Notes under the pieces: generated by a model
Databases searched by the model: none
What the model saw: the letters and a program-made list of their open reading frames with translations, nothing else
Told to the model about the DNA's origin: nothing
Program-made: the position numbers and the translations under genes
Virus record (IMG/VR): IMGVR_UViG_3300023174_000033
Coordinates: 124,001-188,000 of that record
DNA: 64,000 nucleotides
Reading direction: 5' to 3' (one strand)
Shown: piece after piece, positions 9,444 through 20,837 of the stretch
Layout of the letters: each line of letters starts with the position of its first letter
Position numbering within the stretch: position 1 is the stretch's first letter

Positions 9444-10162
9444 TGGATTTAAAAAAAAATTACTATGGAATTTTGGGAGTTGATAAAAAGTCAACACAAA
9501 ATGAAATAAAGAAAAAATATTATAAACTGTCTTTTGAACACCACCCAGATAAAGGTGGAGACTCTGTAATTTTTTCCGAAATTACTGAAGCCTATGATTG
9601 CCTTTCAAGTGATTTGAGGGATGAATATGATAACAAAAGTAGATATGGCAGTAACTATGATGAATCCTATGAATTTTTAAATTATGAATTTGACAGTCTG
9701 AAATCAGGATGGGACGAATCAAAATATGAAGATTGGAAAAAAGATAATCAACTAAACATAGTAGTAAGGGTTGATGAGAATTTCAATGGTAAGGTAACCT
9801 ATGAAAGATATCTAACCTGTAAAGAGTGTGGGGGATCCGGTAAAGATTTGAAATCTAAAATTGTAATACGGGGAGATAATGGGGAAATATTGAAAATATT
9901 TGATGGTGATGAAGGTTGTGATTTCTGTGATGGGACTGGGAAAAACCCATTTGGTGAAGAATGTGGATTCTGTGTAGGTAAAGGTAAAGTTGGTTCAGAA
10001 AATTGTAAAAAATGTAATGGTAATAAGCGTGTCCTTGGTAAACAAACTATAAGTGGTGTAAAATTCAAGGAAGGTGAAAACCCAACTAAAGTAGAATTCA
10101 TGGGACATACCTCCAAAGATGGAAAGGGGAAAGTTGGACATCTTTGGGTTTTGAAACCCTGA
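9443..10162 (+). CDS. dnaJ: DnaJ-like co-chaperone (J domain plus Zn finger, shortened C-terminus)
   Basis: HPD motif and four CxxCxGxG/K repeats; TAATG overlap with the bS21 stop. Confidence 0.88.
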   Translation: MDLKKNYYGILGVDKKSTQNEIKKKYYKLSFEHHPDKGGDSVIFSEITEAYDCLSSDLRDEYDNKSRYGSNYDESYEFLNYEFDSLKSGWDESKYEDWKKDNQLNIVVRVDENFNGKVTYERYLTCKECGGSGKDLKSKIVIRGDNGEILKIFDGDEGCDFCDGTGKNPFGEECGFCVGKGKVGSENCKKCNGNKRVLGKQTISGVKFKEGENPTKVEFMGHTSKDGKGKVGHLWVLKP

Positions 10163-10169
10163 TTCAATA

Positions 10170-13100
10170 TTATCCTCCAGGCCCAGGTCCGCCTCCACCC
10201 GGATCCTCTGTAGCTACTTGACCCGAAGCTTTTAAGAAATCACTGTCTGAAAGTTGTGAAGTTGTTGTCAAGTCAAAAACTGCCTCACTTGACTTGCTAA
10301 TAAATTTAGAACTTATTGAAATCTCAAAATTGTCAGTGAATGAGAAATTATTATTAGACAACTCAACGAATGGAGCTCTACCCTCTTGTGGAATTCTTGG
10401 ACTAAAGTCAATTTGTGTGGGTATATATGGGGCCCTCCCAAGAATCTTTGATGGGTCAGGATTTTCACCAGCTGCTAGAAAACTATTTGTATCAAAAACA
10501 GATGCTGAAAAGTATGAGAAAAATGGTAACATATTTACCTCATTTAATGATATATTTGAAATATCAATACTAAGTGGACCACCTCTTACAGGAAAACTAT
10601 TGAAAAATGTTATATCAAGATTTGTTTTATTCATAAAATATTCTGTTGACCTAACTCTCACTTTTGGATTTGGAAGAGGTTGTCCGGGTAAATTTGTTTG
10701 CGCCACAATTTCACCATTATAAAAATGATTCATGTATTGGTGAAGATTCTTTTGAGGTAATCCAAGGTTATCAGATTGCTGATCCAAATAACCGAAAATA
10801 TCGTCCAAGAATAAACCCTGATAGAAACCATCAAGTTGTGGAGGAGTTGGAGCATAATTTACTTTTAAATTATAAGTTATGTCAACAGACAATTCATAAT
10901 ATCTATTCGGCACAGGTTTAATATTTTTATTTTGAAGTATTTGTATCCAGTTTAATGGTGAGAATGTTGGAGCAAATGTTTCCACATAATCCGAAATTGT
11001 TAGTTTCAAAATATTATCATTGGCACTATCAGTATTCGAATCATAAGAATAATTCGCAGGTAAGTTCTTTGTCCAAACAGGTTCCGGTATTGGCAATACT
11101 GTTATTTTTCCATAGGCATTATAGGGATTAAATTCTGTTGGATTGTATCTCCTTTCCCCATTTAAACCGGCTCTATTCAATTGATCTTTAAAATAACTTA
11201 CCCATTGTTGCACAGACCCGCCAGCATCATACAATCCACTAGCATTAAATTCAGACCAGTCACCATAAATCAAATTTGTTGGAGCAAGTCTCATCAAGTT
11301 CTGATAGAAATGCACACCATGTGTTAGACCAGGTGTCTTTGGAGCCGAATATGGACCAGGTCCAGTTCTACCAGTTGTCTGATTTGTCTGAATAGGTGGT
11401 AATCCAGTAAACGATGATCTCTCACCAGTGGCTGTATTTATTGATCTTGACTGTGGATAGTCGTATCCAGCATCGGTAAAAGCCCATCCCAAAACGTCCG
11501 TATCGAATTTTATATCACCATATGGCGTTATACTCTGCCACCCTGTGGTTAATTGTATTCTGTTACCCAAAGGAGCGGATGTTCCACCATAACCGACGGC
11601 ACTAAATCCCCTTGGAATCCAACGGGCAGGTCCCCCAAATCTAGCTCCCTGATTATTATTAAATGCGTTCCATCCAAAATATTCATGTCCATTATTATTC
11701 CAACCACCACCAAGGCCATTAATTTGATTCGCAACAGCATAAATAAAACTAGCTAGTGGGTACGGGTACGGAGTACCGCCAAAGTAACCGAATGGGGTGG
11801 TAACGCCAGGATTATAATAAGCACCATTATTGCTATAATCATTGAATGGGTAGCAAGCATTTTTATAATATCCCATAGGTTGATTAACCTGAAATTCTTG
11901 GACCCCACTTCCTCCGTTCCTACCTCTAGCTTTTAACCAAGTTGGATAAGTACCATTTGCGACACCAGGCGTTCCGGACCATTTCAATGCTGGTTTTCGC
12001 AAATCATTCATTCTAAACTCAATTATATCACCTGAGGTAACAACTATTTCCCTTGGTTCGTAAGTTAGTGGCTTATCCTTGTCTCCATGCCCGACCTGAT
12101 TAATATACCAAGTTTTTGGAGCGGATCCGGCATATCCGGGCGGTACGTATTCAGACCCAACCCTTTGCCACAATGTACTAAACGTAAATCCTATACTAGT
12201 AAGTGTGGTAGCTACCGATCCAAGTTGTCTGGAAAAAGTAGCATTCGAGGAAATTGGTTTAATGAAATTACCATCGTTAGCGAGTAAATTAGAAAATACT
12301 TTTCTTTTTGTACCCAAATTATAAGTTCTTTTTGTCGTGGTTAGGAAATCTCTAAATTCGGAAACACTTGATAAAACATCAAGTGTTGGATAACCTTGTA
12401 AATTTGGAGCATTGAAAACTGTTGAAGTTGTTCTTGGTTTCCAACCGCCAACATTTGGATTCACACTTGTCGCCCCCGTAACTAGGTCTACTAATGGTTT
12501 ATCTTCATATTCTTGAAAATAAGCAGCATCTGCTTTTTCCGAACCTATCATCATTGGTATGAAATCACTAACACGCAATTGTGTAGTATCCAATTTCAAA
12601 TTAACTTTTGATTGAGTTGAGTAAACAACATCAATCCAAGATAGATACCGATTTGTAATATCCTCAGCCACAGTTGATTCCCATTTCCGGTTAGGGGCTG
12701 GGTTATTCAAATCTTTAAACCTGAAGTTTTGTATTAGACCGGTGTTGTGCCTTTGATAAATTGTAGAATTAGCTTTCTTTTCAACTGATTTAAAATGACC
12801 ACCTTCAAAAGCCCCATCAATGAAGTGGGAATCAATCATCTCTGTCAACACTGGAGTTCCTTTGAATAAACCATTATTCCAAACCCCTCTGAAAACACCA
12901 TTTAGAAAAGCTCCATTGGTCCAAACATTTGTTGTTATGTATATTAAATGATTAGAAGAGTCTTTCTTTATATAGGAAATAGGTGTCAAACTTTTATAAG
13001 TAACTGTAAGAGTATTTTCTTCCAATGAATAACTTTCCACATCTAATACACCGGAAATATAAATTCTACGATCATTATTATCATAAGCTGCCAAGTTACT

Positions 13101-16100
13101 CACAGATATTTTTTGCCCAACATCCAATTTTAGTTGGTACGCTGAAAGGCTATCAACTAATTGTATTTTTATAGACCAAAGTGTATCCCTAGATGTTTTT
13201 CTTATAGCAAAAAGTATATCGTTTGCTTTTAGCAAATCATCTACCTCAAAGAATCCAAAAGAACTTGAGTTAAATCTATAACCACCATTCCACACACCAT
13301 TCTCCCAAACACCTTGTCTGAAAACTCCATTTCCAAAGACAATACTATTTTGTCTATCAAACCCAGTGGGTAAACTTAAAACCACACTTGGAGTTGCTGG
13401 AATACCGATAAATTTTTTAGTTTGATCCACACCGGAATATAAGGCATTATTAAAATCAAAATTATACTCAATTTTTCTCCTGGTGACTCTCCAACTGTAA
13501 ATTCTTAAAATACCAAAAGAAGTCTTTCTTACCCAAAATCTATTTCTATCAGGATCTGGATTGTTAAGAACCTCTGGAGTAGTAATGTAATTAAATTTTA
13601 ACCTATAGAAAGCTGGAAAGAAACTTTCTCTCGGAACTCCTTCAGCACTATAATTAGCCTTTTTACTCTTTAAATCATATGTTGAATATGAAGCACCCGC
13701 CATCCAAACTTCAAAACTAACAGTATCGGTTAGTTCTACAGAAACTTCCATCTCGGTATAATATTGGTAACCATACCCTTGATAAATATCAACACCGCCA
13801 AGAGCAAAGTAGTAAGCTCTTCTTACGTCAAATTGTCTTTGAACACCCGTAGGAAAGCTAGCGATGTCTGTTCCATTTGGTGAAATTCCAAAATTAACAG
13901 ATAAAAATCCACTTAAATTCGGAGTTACACTCGCAGAAGATCCAAAATCCCATCCTGCAGTAACTGAGACACCCTGACCATAATATTGAGATCCAACATT
14001 TATTACCACATAACGGTTTTCAGTTGGAGAATACCAAGGGAATCCCGATATACCAATTTCCCTTATCAATTCAATTGCCTGATCTCGTTTTTCATCATCA
14101 GTTCCGGCAATCGCAGTTGTCGGTAAACCAACTTCCCTACTAAATTCCCTTGGAAAACCTGCGATGTCCATATTGTAGAAATAAATACCAATTCTGCTAC
14201 CAGTAACTCCATTGAAAGGTTTTTGGGAGGTGGTCGCTATTGCAGCATTAATTTGGGATATTAATGTATCAAATTGAGCCATAGAGTATCCTTTGGCAGC
14301 GTTTATACTCGCATACGATAACCATCTTGCATAAATCTTGTGACTCGGAGAACTATTTGGTATTAAACCACTCGCTCCCCCACTCACTGGTGCACCACTT
14401 TGTACATTATCCTCGGGTATATTTATTTGACTTTCCCCTAAATATCTTTTTGGATAAGTGTTATAACCCCTTGGGCTACTATTTATAGTCCTTGAATCAG
14501 ATGGCTCTGGTATAGGAAGGTTACCGTAATCTGAAAATTTGGTATAAAGATTAACTGGATTCCTATTCTGAGTTGTTGTGTCAAATGTTATCAAATTAGG
14601 CAATCCAGTGCTCGCATCATATGTGCCGTTCCAATAAAAAGGTATATTCAAAGACTGATCCCAATCTGAGCAAGCTTTAATGCTTGTCTCAAAATTTTTA
14701 ACTATTGCACTATTTCCATACTGAACAACTGGGACATAATCCAAAGCTTCATATGTTTCAGTAAGAGGTTTCGCCGGGTCCCCTGGTACATTATGTTCAA
14801 CAATTGCATTGCCCTCAGTGAAATGCGAACCTGTGGCCCAACCTCGGATAAACTCTGCGCTCTTATTGAGATCTAAAATATAACCCAATGAATTTTCAAC
14901 ACTGCTTATTGTTAAATACGCCTGAATTGTAGTTGAAGGATTATATATCGGCCAAGTGGGATTATTTCTGTAATTATAAAATCTAAGTTTAACACCAGCC
15001 TTGCCTTTAAAATTGTAAGGCAGCCCCGTTACATAAAAAAGTCCACCAAAAGTTAATCCCTCCACTATTGTGCAGAATTGTGTTGGCGTCGTTGTGGAAG
15101 TCACTGAACCCGCTGGTATAGTAGCTATAGGTGTCCCCACACTAGGATTGTAGGTGAAATCACTACCACCTAACCAACCAAACTTTTGACTTCTAGTAAA
15201 TTCCCAAGTTGAATCATTAGCACCCGATTGTCCACTCATCGTAAAAAAATTAAAACTTTGACCAGATAACCAAAATGTTAAGGGATTTGTAGTTAGAGCA
15301 GTCCTAACGTCGGTAAATGCCAGCACTGCTGGTGAAGCATTTGTTTTTACAGCGTAGGGGAAATAAATCTCATGATATTCCGAATCCCTTAATCTCAGAG
15401 CATTTGGGCTCTCCACCCCAAAGTTAAAACTGTAAGGACTAGCACTAAATACATTTGAAACAAAAATATAAGAGGTATCATTACTTTCAGCGGTTTTAAA
15501 AGTTTGTGGATAAGATTCTCTCATGAATCTATCGGTCCTCAAGATAATATCAAATTCCCTACCACGAGCAACGCTATGTGAATATCCAACTTCGCCTGGA
15601 TTTGCTGGACCAGTAGCAACGACTAAATGATTAAATGGAGATCCATTCCAATTTCCGTTTCTCCAAGTGCCACCATCCCAAAATATATTATCAGCATTTC
15701 CATATTCCCATATGCCATTTTTCCAATAAGCTCCCGACATATATCCGTTTTTGAATAAACCATTTTGCCATTCAGCCGCGTAAAAAGATCCTGTGACAAA
15801 AACACCTCTTTCCCATTTTATTAAATTTGGTTCAAAATAAAAAGCACTCGAAGCTGTAGAATATAAATAATCCCTATCTACATATGGGTTGAAAACACCA
15901 CCATCAAATGTACCATTGCTAAATGTTCCCTTACAAAAAAGTGAATTTTTAAATGTTGAATTTTCATAATCATATAGACCATCAATCCAAACAACATTTT
16001 GAAAATTAACCCTACTTTTTCTATCAGTTGTTTTTATAGCCCTCTTGATTTTTGACACAACTTTTTCATTGGTCACGTATAAAGATTTTTTCTCTGTAAC

Positions 16101-19100
16101 GACCCCATCAACCCACAATCCATAAAAAAGTCCTCGAATGTCGTCACCATTAGCCAAATTGAATGAATTCGGGTCTCTAAATGGAGCAAAACTTAAATAA
16201 ATATCTTTTTCTATAGTGTTATCTTCATTTGAAGGTATGCCAGATGGATAATTTGGAACAGATCCCATGAAATTACCACCAGAGAATACCCCATTACGCC
16301 AAAGTCTACCTCGGAATATCCCATCATTGAATTCACCAGAACCCCATATCGAATTATTTATCAATTCTCCTGTACCAAATTCACCACCATTGAAAACTCC
16401 AGACTCCCAAGAAAAAACTGTTGTGTTTTGAGGTCTAGTTACAAATGTTTGTTCCTCTGATCCATATATTGATATAAATTTACCACTATTGAATATTCCA
16501 TTTTTCCATTGGGCATAATTTCCAAATACACTTCCATAGAAAGTTCCATTATACCATATTGACTGCATGTTTGAGCTAGCACTAGCAGATGTAAATTCAC
16601 CAGCGGACATTTGACCATTATACCAGAAAACTACACCATTACCACCAACTAAACCATTCTGAACAACTCCTCCAAAAAACTTTGATTGAGTTCTGCCCAA
16701 GAATTCCGGAATAAATCCAAATCCGTTAACTGCATAAATTGTTGGTAGCCAATTAATACCACCTACGGGAAATGGGGAATACCAACCATATCCAAAAGTT
16801 GTTTCTTCATATTTTATTGATTGGTCGCCAAAAATTCCAGATTCAAAGTCACCTGCAAACCATTTAGACCTCCAAAATTTACCATTACTGAATGTACCAT
16901 CTACCCAATATGAATTATAAAATTCACCAGAAAGGAATTTACCATCATTCCAGATTCTTCTGATTGGTTTTTTAGCAATATCAAAGTAATTTATAGCTGA
17001 AATATAAGGATTTACACTTCCCTCATTTGTCTCATCATTAGTCTGATAAACTTGTTCTGTTCCAAAAATTGGAGTAATATAATACCAAGTTAAACTATTG
17101 GAATCGGAAAATTTCCCATTAAGGAAAGTTCCATTCAACCAATATCCACTTTGGAATTCTCCGTTTGAAAAGGTTGCACCATTCCAATAACAAGAGTGGA
17201 AATATCCACCAGTATTGGTGATATTTGTTATATGGGATTGATATATAAATCCATTCTCAACCAAGGAATTATTCCTAGCAAAAACTACATTTACAACTTT
17301 TGGTAAGGATGTTGGGTCTATATCAAAAGTAGATGGCTTTACATATGGGACACGGTTTGTTAGTTTTGTATTCTTGAAATAAACACGTTTGAATACCCCA
17401 CTATAAACTGTGGAGTTTTCAATTACAACTCTGTGCATAGATGCGTAATTTACTGTTTCCGAACCAATTATGCTGTAGGTCCCCACGTTAGTCAAGAATG
17501 ATGACATGGGTGAATTTGGAGATGATACATTTTCAGATATGGATACCAATGGACTAGTACCCCAAGTTGGTCTACCCAAGTTATAATAAGGTAGTCCACC
17601 CAGTAAATTCTGAACCCCATTAACATACTGTCCCTCTAACTCCACTCTTTGGGTAGGGGATTGATAGGTAATTGAGTTTATGTGGATCACTTCCCCCAAC
17701 TGTGGTAATTTTATTGCCGGATTAAACCAACTCGCATTCCCTCTTAATTGGTTGAATTTTGTAAATATATTAAAATTTGATGATAGTGGGGAAACTCCAG
17801 GCTGCTGCCTAGACATTACTAATTTAGCTCCAAACTTTACACCACCCGTAACTTCACTAGCAATAGTGGACCTATTGTAAATAACAAGTTCAAAATCCTC
17901 AATCAAAGAACCACTAACCCAATTTGAATTAACAAAAACCCCACTGTGGAAATTTGAATTTTTCAAAAGAACATTTTTGAAAATCTTGTCAACTATATTT
18001 GTTGGAAGGAGATTATCCATTTTGGGCTTCAATGGCATAGTAATCGTTGTTTGGTCCCTATCAAAAGTGTAAACATCTTTATTTAGCTGCACATCCCTAT
18101 ACCAACCGAGAGCTCTAGTTTCTATGTCAATTGAACAATAATTATAATATTTTGATGTTTCAGATGCCAGAACTTTTTGATTCGCCCCACCTATTGTATA
18201 TTGCCTCGTAACATAAGAATCAGGTGTTAATTGTGGGTTATGTGGCACTAAACATTGATAATATTCCCACTTTTCTGTCTGTGGGTTGTAAATTCTAACA
18301 ACGTCGTTTATTTGGTAACTATTTGCTCCATATATAGGTGTTGTTTGATTAATCAAAAATGATTGAATATCTGTACTATATTCTCCTCTGAATTGTCCAC
18401 GGGAAAGAGAATCAAATGGGCCAGTAGTATTGGAGAAAACTCTTTCATAGGCTTCCGCATTTAAGGGGGTATAACCATCTGTAGCCAATATGGGATCTTG
18501 TAAAGTAGGTACTGAAATATATTTAAAAATATGAAGTGTCTGTCCGTAACCATATATGCTTACAGGTCCACCAATTTGGTCAACGGGCACAGCAATAATA
18601 ACTTCCTCGAAAGCTGGCAGTTCAATTAATCCTTGCCCGCCACGTATTGGAGGAGCGACTTGTTGTGGAATTTCATATAAATAATAAAACCAAGTTCCAG
18701 CAGCAACTTCCGCTGGTGTTGGTGTCCAAGACGAGTCATAAGCAGGAGATAACCTGTTTGCTTGTGAACTAAATCTAGCGGTCACATCAGTCCACCAAGT
18801 AATACCATTAATTTGTGTGGTGTTCGGTACTTCCTTTGTTTGAAATTGGGCACTAGTTGACCTACTTATGTAAAATCTGTTCCTATTTGACCTCTTATCT
18901 CTAACCGAAACTGCTTGTTTTGAACCAACCTTTGATGTAAATTCAGCATCCCAATATAAGTTCAAAAGATACTTTGTTTCATATGGTAGAATAATTCGGT
19001 TATCAGCGTCAAGAGTTCCAAGAAAGAATTCCTTATTGACTCTCTCAATATAAAAAGTATCATTTTTCTCCATTCTGAAAAAATCTTCATCAGAAATGAA

Positions 19101-20837
19101 AAGTTTTAATATTCCAACCATCTGTGAATTGTCAGCAAAATTACCCAATTGGGGATCCCAAGAATTTAATTCGGCCCCTAGTATTCTTATACCACTGTCT
19201 GAATTAAATTCACCACTGTCAAACACACTATTAAAAATTTGACTATTAACAGCTTTAGTTCTTTTCAAATTTGAATTTTCAACTATCGAATCAGCCAGTG
19301 TTGAACTTGATAAAATAACTGATTCCAAATCACAAAATTTGAATTTTGAAAAATTAGCCGTAATATCGTAATTTTGAGTTGTTTTAGAATAGTAATTCGG
19401 CACAGTCGGAATACTACTGCCTTTGATATTACAATTTTCAAAAGTTGACTGTATAAAAACACCCTTTATAATTTTAGAATCTATCACCAAATTATATCCG
19501 AGTCCAGAATTGTTTGTGGTGTCAATAACTTGTGAAACATATGGTATGGAGAATTGGTCATATAATAGACTAGCCCTCACAACCCCATCACCAACTTTTG
19601 TGTTTGTGTTCATGAGTCCATTATTCCAATCGGAGTTTATCATAACACCATAATTCCAGGTCGCATTCTGCCACTTATTAGATTTTAGATAAGTGCCAAA
19701 TAATCCACCATTATGTTCACCAACAAATTTACCATATTTGAAATATGTAGCAGTTATAATAGGAATTTTATACTGTCGGTCTATAACCCACTTTGAGGTA
19801 GTTTTGTCAAATTTATAAATTTGTCTTTCTTGAAAATTTGTTCCCTCCCAAGTAAAATCCTCACCCAGAATGAATAATCTTTTATTTCCTATTTCATTTG
19901 TGGGATTTGATAAAGTATCCATCAAACGAATTTGATTGGTCCTGATTTGAGTACTAACGTCAATCCAGTTACCAGTAACTGGTGATGATAAACTATCTCT
20001 AACAAAGAAAGCACCACCAGGTATGGATCCAGGTGGTGTAAAAGCACCAGTGTGGTTATCTAAAAAATCAACGTCCGTTGTATTTTTGGATTGTGCAAAT
20101 TTATTGAAAATTATGTTACCAGTCCAAGTTCTTAAAACATTACTAACAACCTTTCCTTGAAAAAGGGAAACTAAATCACCAGGAATTGTAGTGTCCGTAA
20201 CATATGTTTTGAATGTACTTATGTAATTAAATGGCTCCGAGTAGCTTGAAACGTAGTTAGTGGCGGTATAATCTATATTATGTACAAATATGAGATCGTT
20301 TATATCAAGTGGTGACTCATATGGATTCACTCCAGTATAGTCAACATCAAGAACAACTTTACAATCTTCAATAAGAAGAACTTTGTATCCATCACTACCC
20401 TTTGAATATTTATCATTTAATATTTTATCATGAGAATCATAATTGCCATTAATAATATATACCCTTTCACCTACTTTGAAATTTGTTGAAATTTCAGAAT
20501 AGAAAGCAGTTTTCCTAACACCACCGACTTCATATGGCTCAACATAGTTGAGTAACTTTGAGGTGAATTTATTTTTATTTGATGTGGGACTAGTATATTT
20601 TACCGATCCCTCGTTTTTTGAAATGTTCGGACGTAAAACATTTGGTCTAGAACCAATTGGTATAGTTGGAACAGCAATTGATACTGTTGCTATAATCTCT
20701 TGTTGTGGCTGATCAGCCTGAACAATTGGAATATTTACATTCTCTTCAACTGGTTTCGGCCCCTCAGGAGTTCCCTTTTTTAAAAAAGTATTATTGTTCT
20801 GTGAATTGTTATTAAAAATTACTTTATTTAACGGCAT
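10170..20837 (-). CDS. Giant (3555 aa) putative virion structural / tail-associated protein with (W/F)xxGx pentapeptide repeats
   Basis: Size, G/N/S/T/aromatic-rich composition, repeat blocks such as WNDGKFLSGEFYNSYWVDGTFSNGKF, AATATATA box upstream. Confidence 0.65.
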   Translation of the reverse strand: MPLNKVIFNNNSQNNNTFLKKGTPEGPKPVEENVNIPIVQADQPQQEIIATVSIAVPTIPIGSRPNVLRPNISKNEGSVKYTSPTSNKNKFTSKLLNYVEPYEVGGVRKTAFYSEISTNFKVGERVYIINGNYDSHDKILNDKYSKGSDGYKVLLIEDCKVVLDVDYTGVNPYESPLDINDLIFVHNIDYTATNYVSSYSEPFNYISTFKTYVTDTTIPGDLVSLFQGKVVSNVLRTWTGNIIFNKFAQSKNTTDVDFLDNHTGAFTPPGSIPGGAFFVRDSLSSPVTGNWIDVSTQIRTNQIRLMDTLSNPTNEIGNKRLFILGEDFTWEGTNFQERQIYKFDKTTSKWVIDRQYKIPIITATYFKYGKFVGEHNGGLFGTYLKSNKWQNATWNYGVMINSDWNNGLMNTNTKVGDGVVRASLLYDQFSIPYVSQVIDTTNNSGLGYNLVIDSKIIKGVFIQSTFENCNIKGSSIPTVPNYYSKTTQNYDITANFSKFKFCDLESVILSSSTLADSIVENSNLKRTKAVNSQIFNSVFDSGEFNSDSGIRILGAELNSWDPQLGNFADNSQMVGILKLFISDEDFFRMEKNDTFYIERVNKEFFLGTLDADNRIILPYETKYLLNLYWDAEFTSKVGSKQAVSVRDKRSNRNRFYISRSTSAQFQTKEVPNTTQINGITWWTDVTARFSSQANRLSPAYDSSWTPTPAEVAAGTWFYYLYEIPQQVAPPIRGGQGLIELPAFEEVIIAVPVDQIGGPVSIYGYGQTLHIFKYISVPTLQDPILATDGYTPLNAEAYERVFSNTTGPFDSLSRGQFRGEYSTDIQSFLINQTTPIYGANSYQINDVVRIYNPQTEKWEYYQCLVPHNPQLTPDSYVTRQYTIGGANQKVLASETSKYYNYCSIDIETRALGWYRDVQLNKDVYTFDRDQTTITMPLKPKMDNLLPTNIVDKIFKNVLLKNSNFHSGVFVNSNWVSGSLIEDFELVIYNRSTIASEVTGGVKFGAKLVMSRQQPGVSPLSSNFNIFTKFNQLRGNASWFNPAIKLPQLGEVIHINSITYQSPTQRVELEGQYVNGVQNLLGGLPYYNLGRPTWGTSPLVSISENVSSPNSPMSSFLTNVGTYSIIGSETVNYASMHRVVIENSTVYSGVFKRVYFKNTKLTNRVPYVKPSTFDIDPTSLPKVVNVVFARNNSLVENGFIYQSHITNITNTGGYFHSCYWNGATFSNGEFQSGYWLNGTFLNGKFSDSNSLTWYYITPIFGTEQVYQTNDETNEGSVNPYISAINYFDIAKKPIRRIWNDGKFLSGEFYNSYWVDGTFSNGKFWRSKWFAGDFESGIFGDQSIKYEETTFGYGWYSPFPVGGINWLPTIYAVNGFGFIPEFLGRTQSKFFGGVVQNGLVGGNGVVFWYNGQMSAGEFTSASASSNMQSIWYNGTFYGSVFGNYAQWKNGIFNSGKFISIYGSEEQTFVTRPQNTTVFSWESGVFNGGEFGTGELINNSIWGSGEFNDGIFRGRLWRNGVFSGGNFMGSVPNYPSGIPSNEDNTIEKDIYLSFAPFRDPNSFNLANGDDIRGLFYGLWVDGVVTEKKSLYVTNEKVVSKIKRAIKTTDRKSRVNFQNVVWIDGLYDYENSTFKNSLFCKGTFSNGTFDGGVFNPYVDRDYLYSTASSAFYFEPNLIKWERGVFVTGSFYAAEWQNGLFKNGYMSGAYWKNGIWEYGNADNIFWDGGTWRNGNWNGSPFNHLVVATGPANPGEVGYSHSVARGREFDIILRTDRFMRESYPQTFKTAESNDTSYIFVSNVFSASPYSFNFGVESPNALRLRDSEYHEIYFPYAVKTNASPAVLAFTDVRTALTTNPLTFWLSGQSFNFFTMSGQSGANDSTWEFTRSQKFGWLGGSDFTYNPSVGTPIATIPAGSVTSTTTPTQFCTIVEGLTFGGLFYVTGLPYNFKGKAGVKLRFYNYRNNPTWPIYNPSTTIQAYLTISSVENSLGYILDLNKSAEFIRGWATGSHFTEGNAIVEHNVPGDPAKPLTETYEALDYVPVVQYGNSAIVKNFETSIKACSDWDQSLNIPFYWNGTYDASTGLPNLITFDTTTQNRNPVNLYTKFSDYGNLPIPEPSDSRTINSSPRGYNTYPKRYLGESQINIPEDNVQSGAPVSGGASGLIPNSSPSHKIYARWLSYASINAAKGYSMAQFDTLISQINAAIATTSQKPFNGVTGSRIGIYFYNMDIAGFPREFSREVGLPTTAIAGTDDEKRDQAIELIREIGISGFPWYSPTENRYVVINVGSQYYGQGVSVTAGWDFGSSASVTPNLSGFLSVNFGISPNGTDIASFPTGVQRQFDVRRAYYFALGGVDIYQGYGYQYYTEMEVSVELTDTVSFEVWMAGASYSTYDLKSKKANYSAEGVPRESFFPAFYRLKFNYITTPEVLNNPDPDRNRFWVRKTSFGILRIYSWRVTRRKIEYNFDFNNALYSGVDQTKKFIGIPATPSVVLSLPTGFDRQNSIVFGNGVFRQGVWENGVWNGGYRFNSSSFGFFEVDDLLKANDILFAIRKTSRDTLWSIKIQLVDSLSAYQLKLDVGQKISVSNLAAYDNNDRRIYISGVLDVESYSLEENTLTVTYKSLTPISYIKKDSSNHLIYITTNVWTNGAFLNGVFRGVWNNGLFKGTPVLTEMIDSHFIDGAFEGGHFKSVEKKANSTIYQRHNTGLIQNFRFKDLNNPAPNRKWESTVAEDITNRYLSWIDVVYSTQSKVNLKLDTTQLRVSDFIPMMIGSEKADAAYFQEYEDKPLVDLVTGATSVNPNVGGWKPRTTSTVFNAPNLQGYPTLDVLSSVSEFRDFLTTTKRTYNLGTKRKVFSNLLANDGNFIKPISSNATFSRQLGSVATTLTSIGFTFSTLWQRVGSEYVPPGYAGSAPKTWYINQVGHGDKDKPLTYEPREIVVTSGDIIEFRMNDLRKPALKWSGTPGVANGTYPTWLKARGRNGGSGVQEFQVNQPMGYYKNACYPFNDYSNNGAYYNPGVTTPFGYFGGTPYPYPLASFIYAVANQINGLGGGWNNNGHEYFGWNAFNNNQGARFGGPARWIPRGFSAVGYGGTSAPLGNRIQLTTGWQSITPYGDIKFDTDVLGWAFTDAGYDYPQSRSINTATGERSSFTGLPPIQTNQTTGRTGPGPYSAPKTPGLTHGVHFYQNLMRLAPTNLIYGDWSEFNASGLYDAGGSVQQWVSYFKDQLNRAGLNGERRYNPTEFNPYNAYGKITVLPIPEPVWTKNLPANYSYDSNTDSANDNILKLTISDYVETFAPTFSPLNWIQILQNKNIKPVPNRYYELSVDITYNLKVNYAPTPPQLDGFYQGLFLDDIFGYLDQQSDNLGLPQKNLHQYMNHFYNGEIVAQTNLPGQPLPNPKVRVRSTEYFMNKTNLDITFFNSFPVRGGPLSIDISNISLNEVNMLPFFSYFSASVFDTNSFLAAGENPDPSKILGRAPYIPTQIDFSPRIPQEGRAPFVELSNNNFSFTDNFEISISSKFISKSSEAVFDLTTTSQLSDSDFLKASGQVATEDPGGGGPGPGG

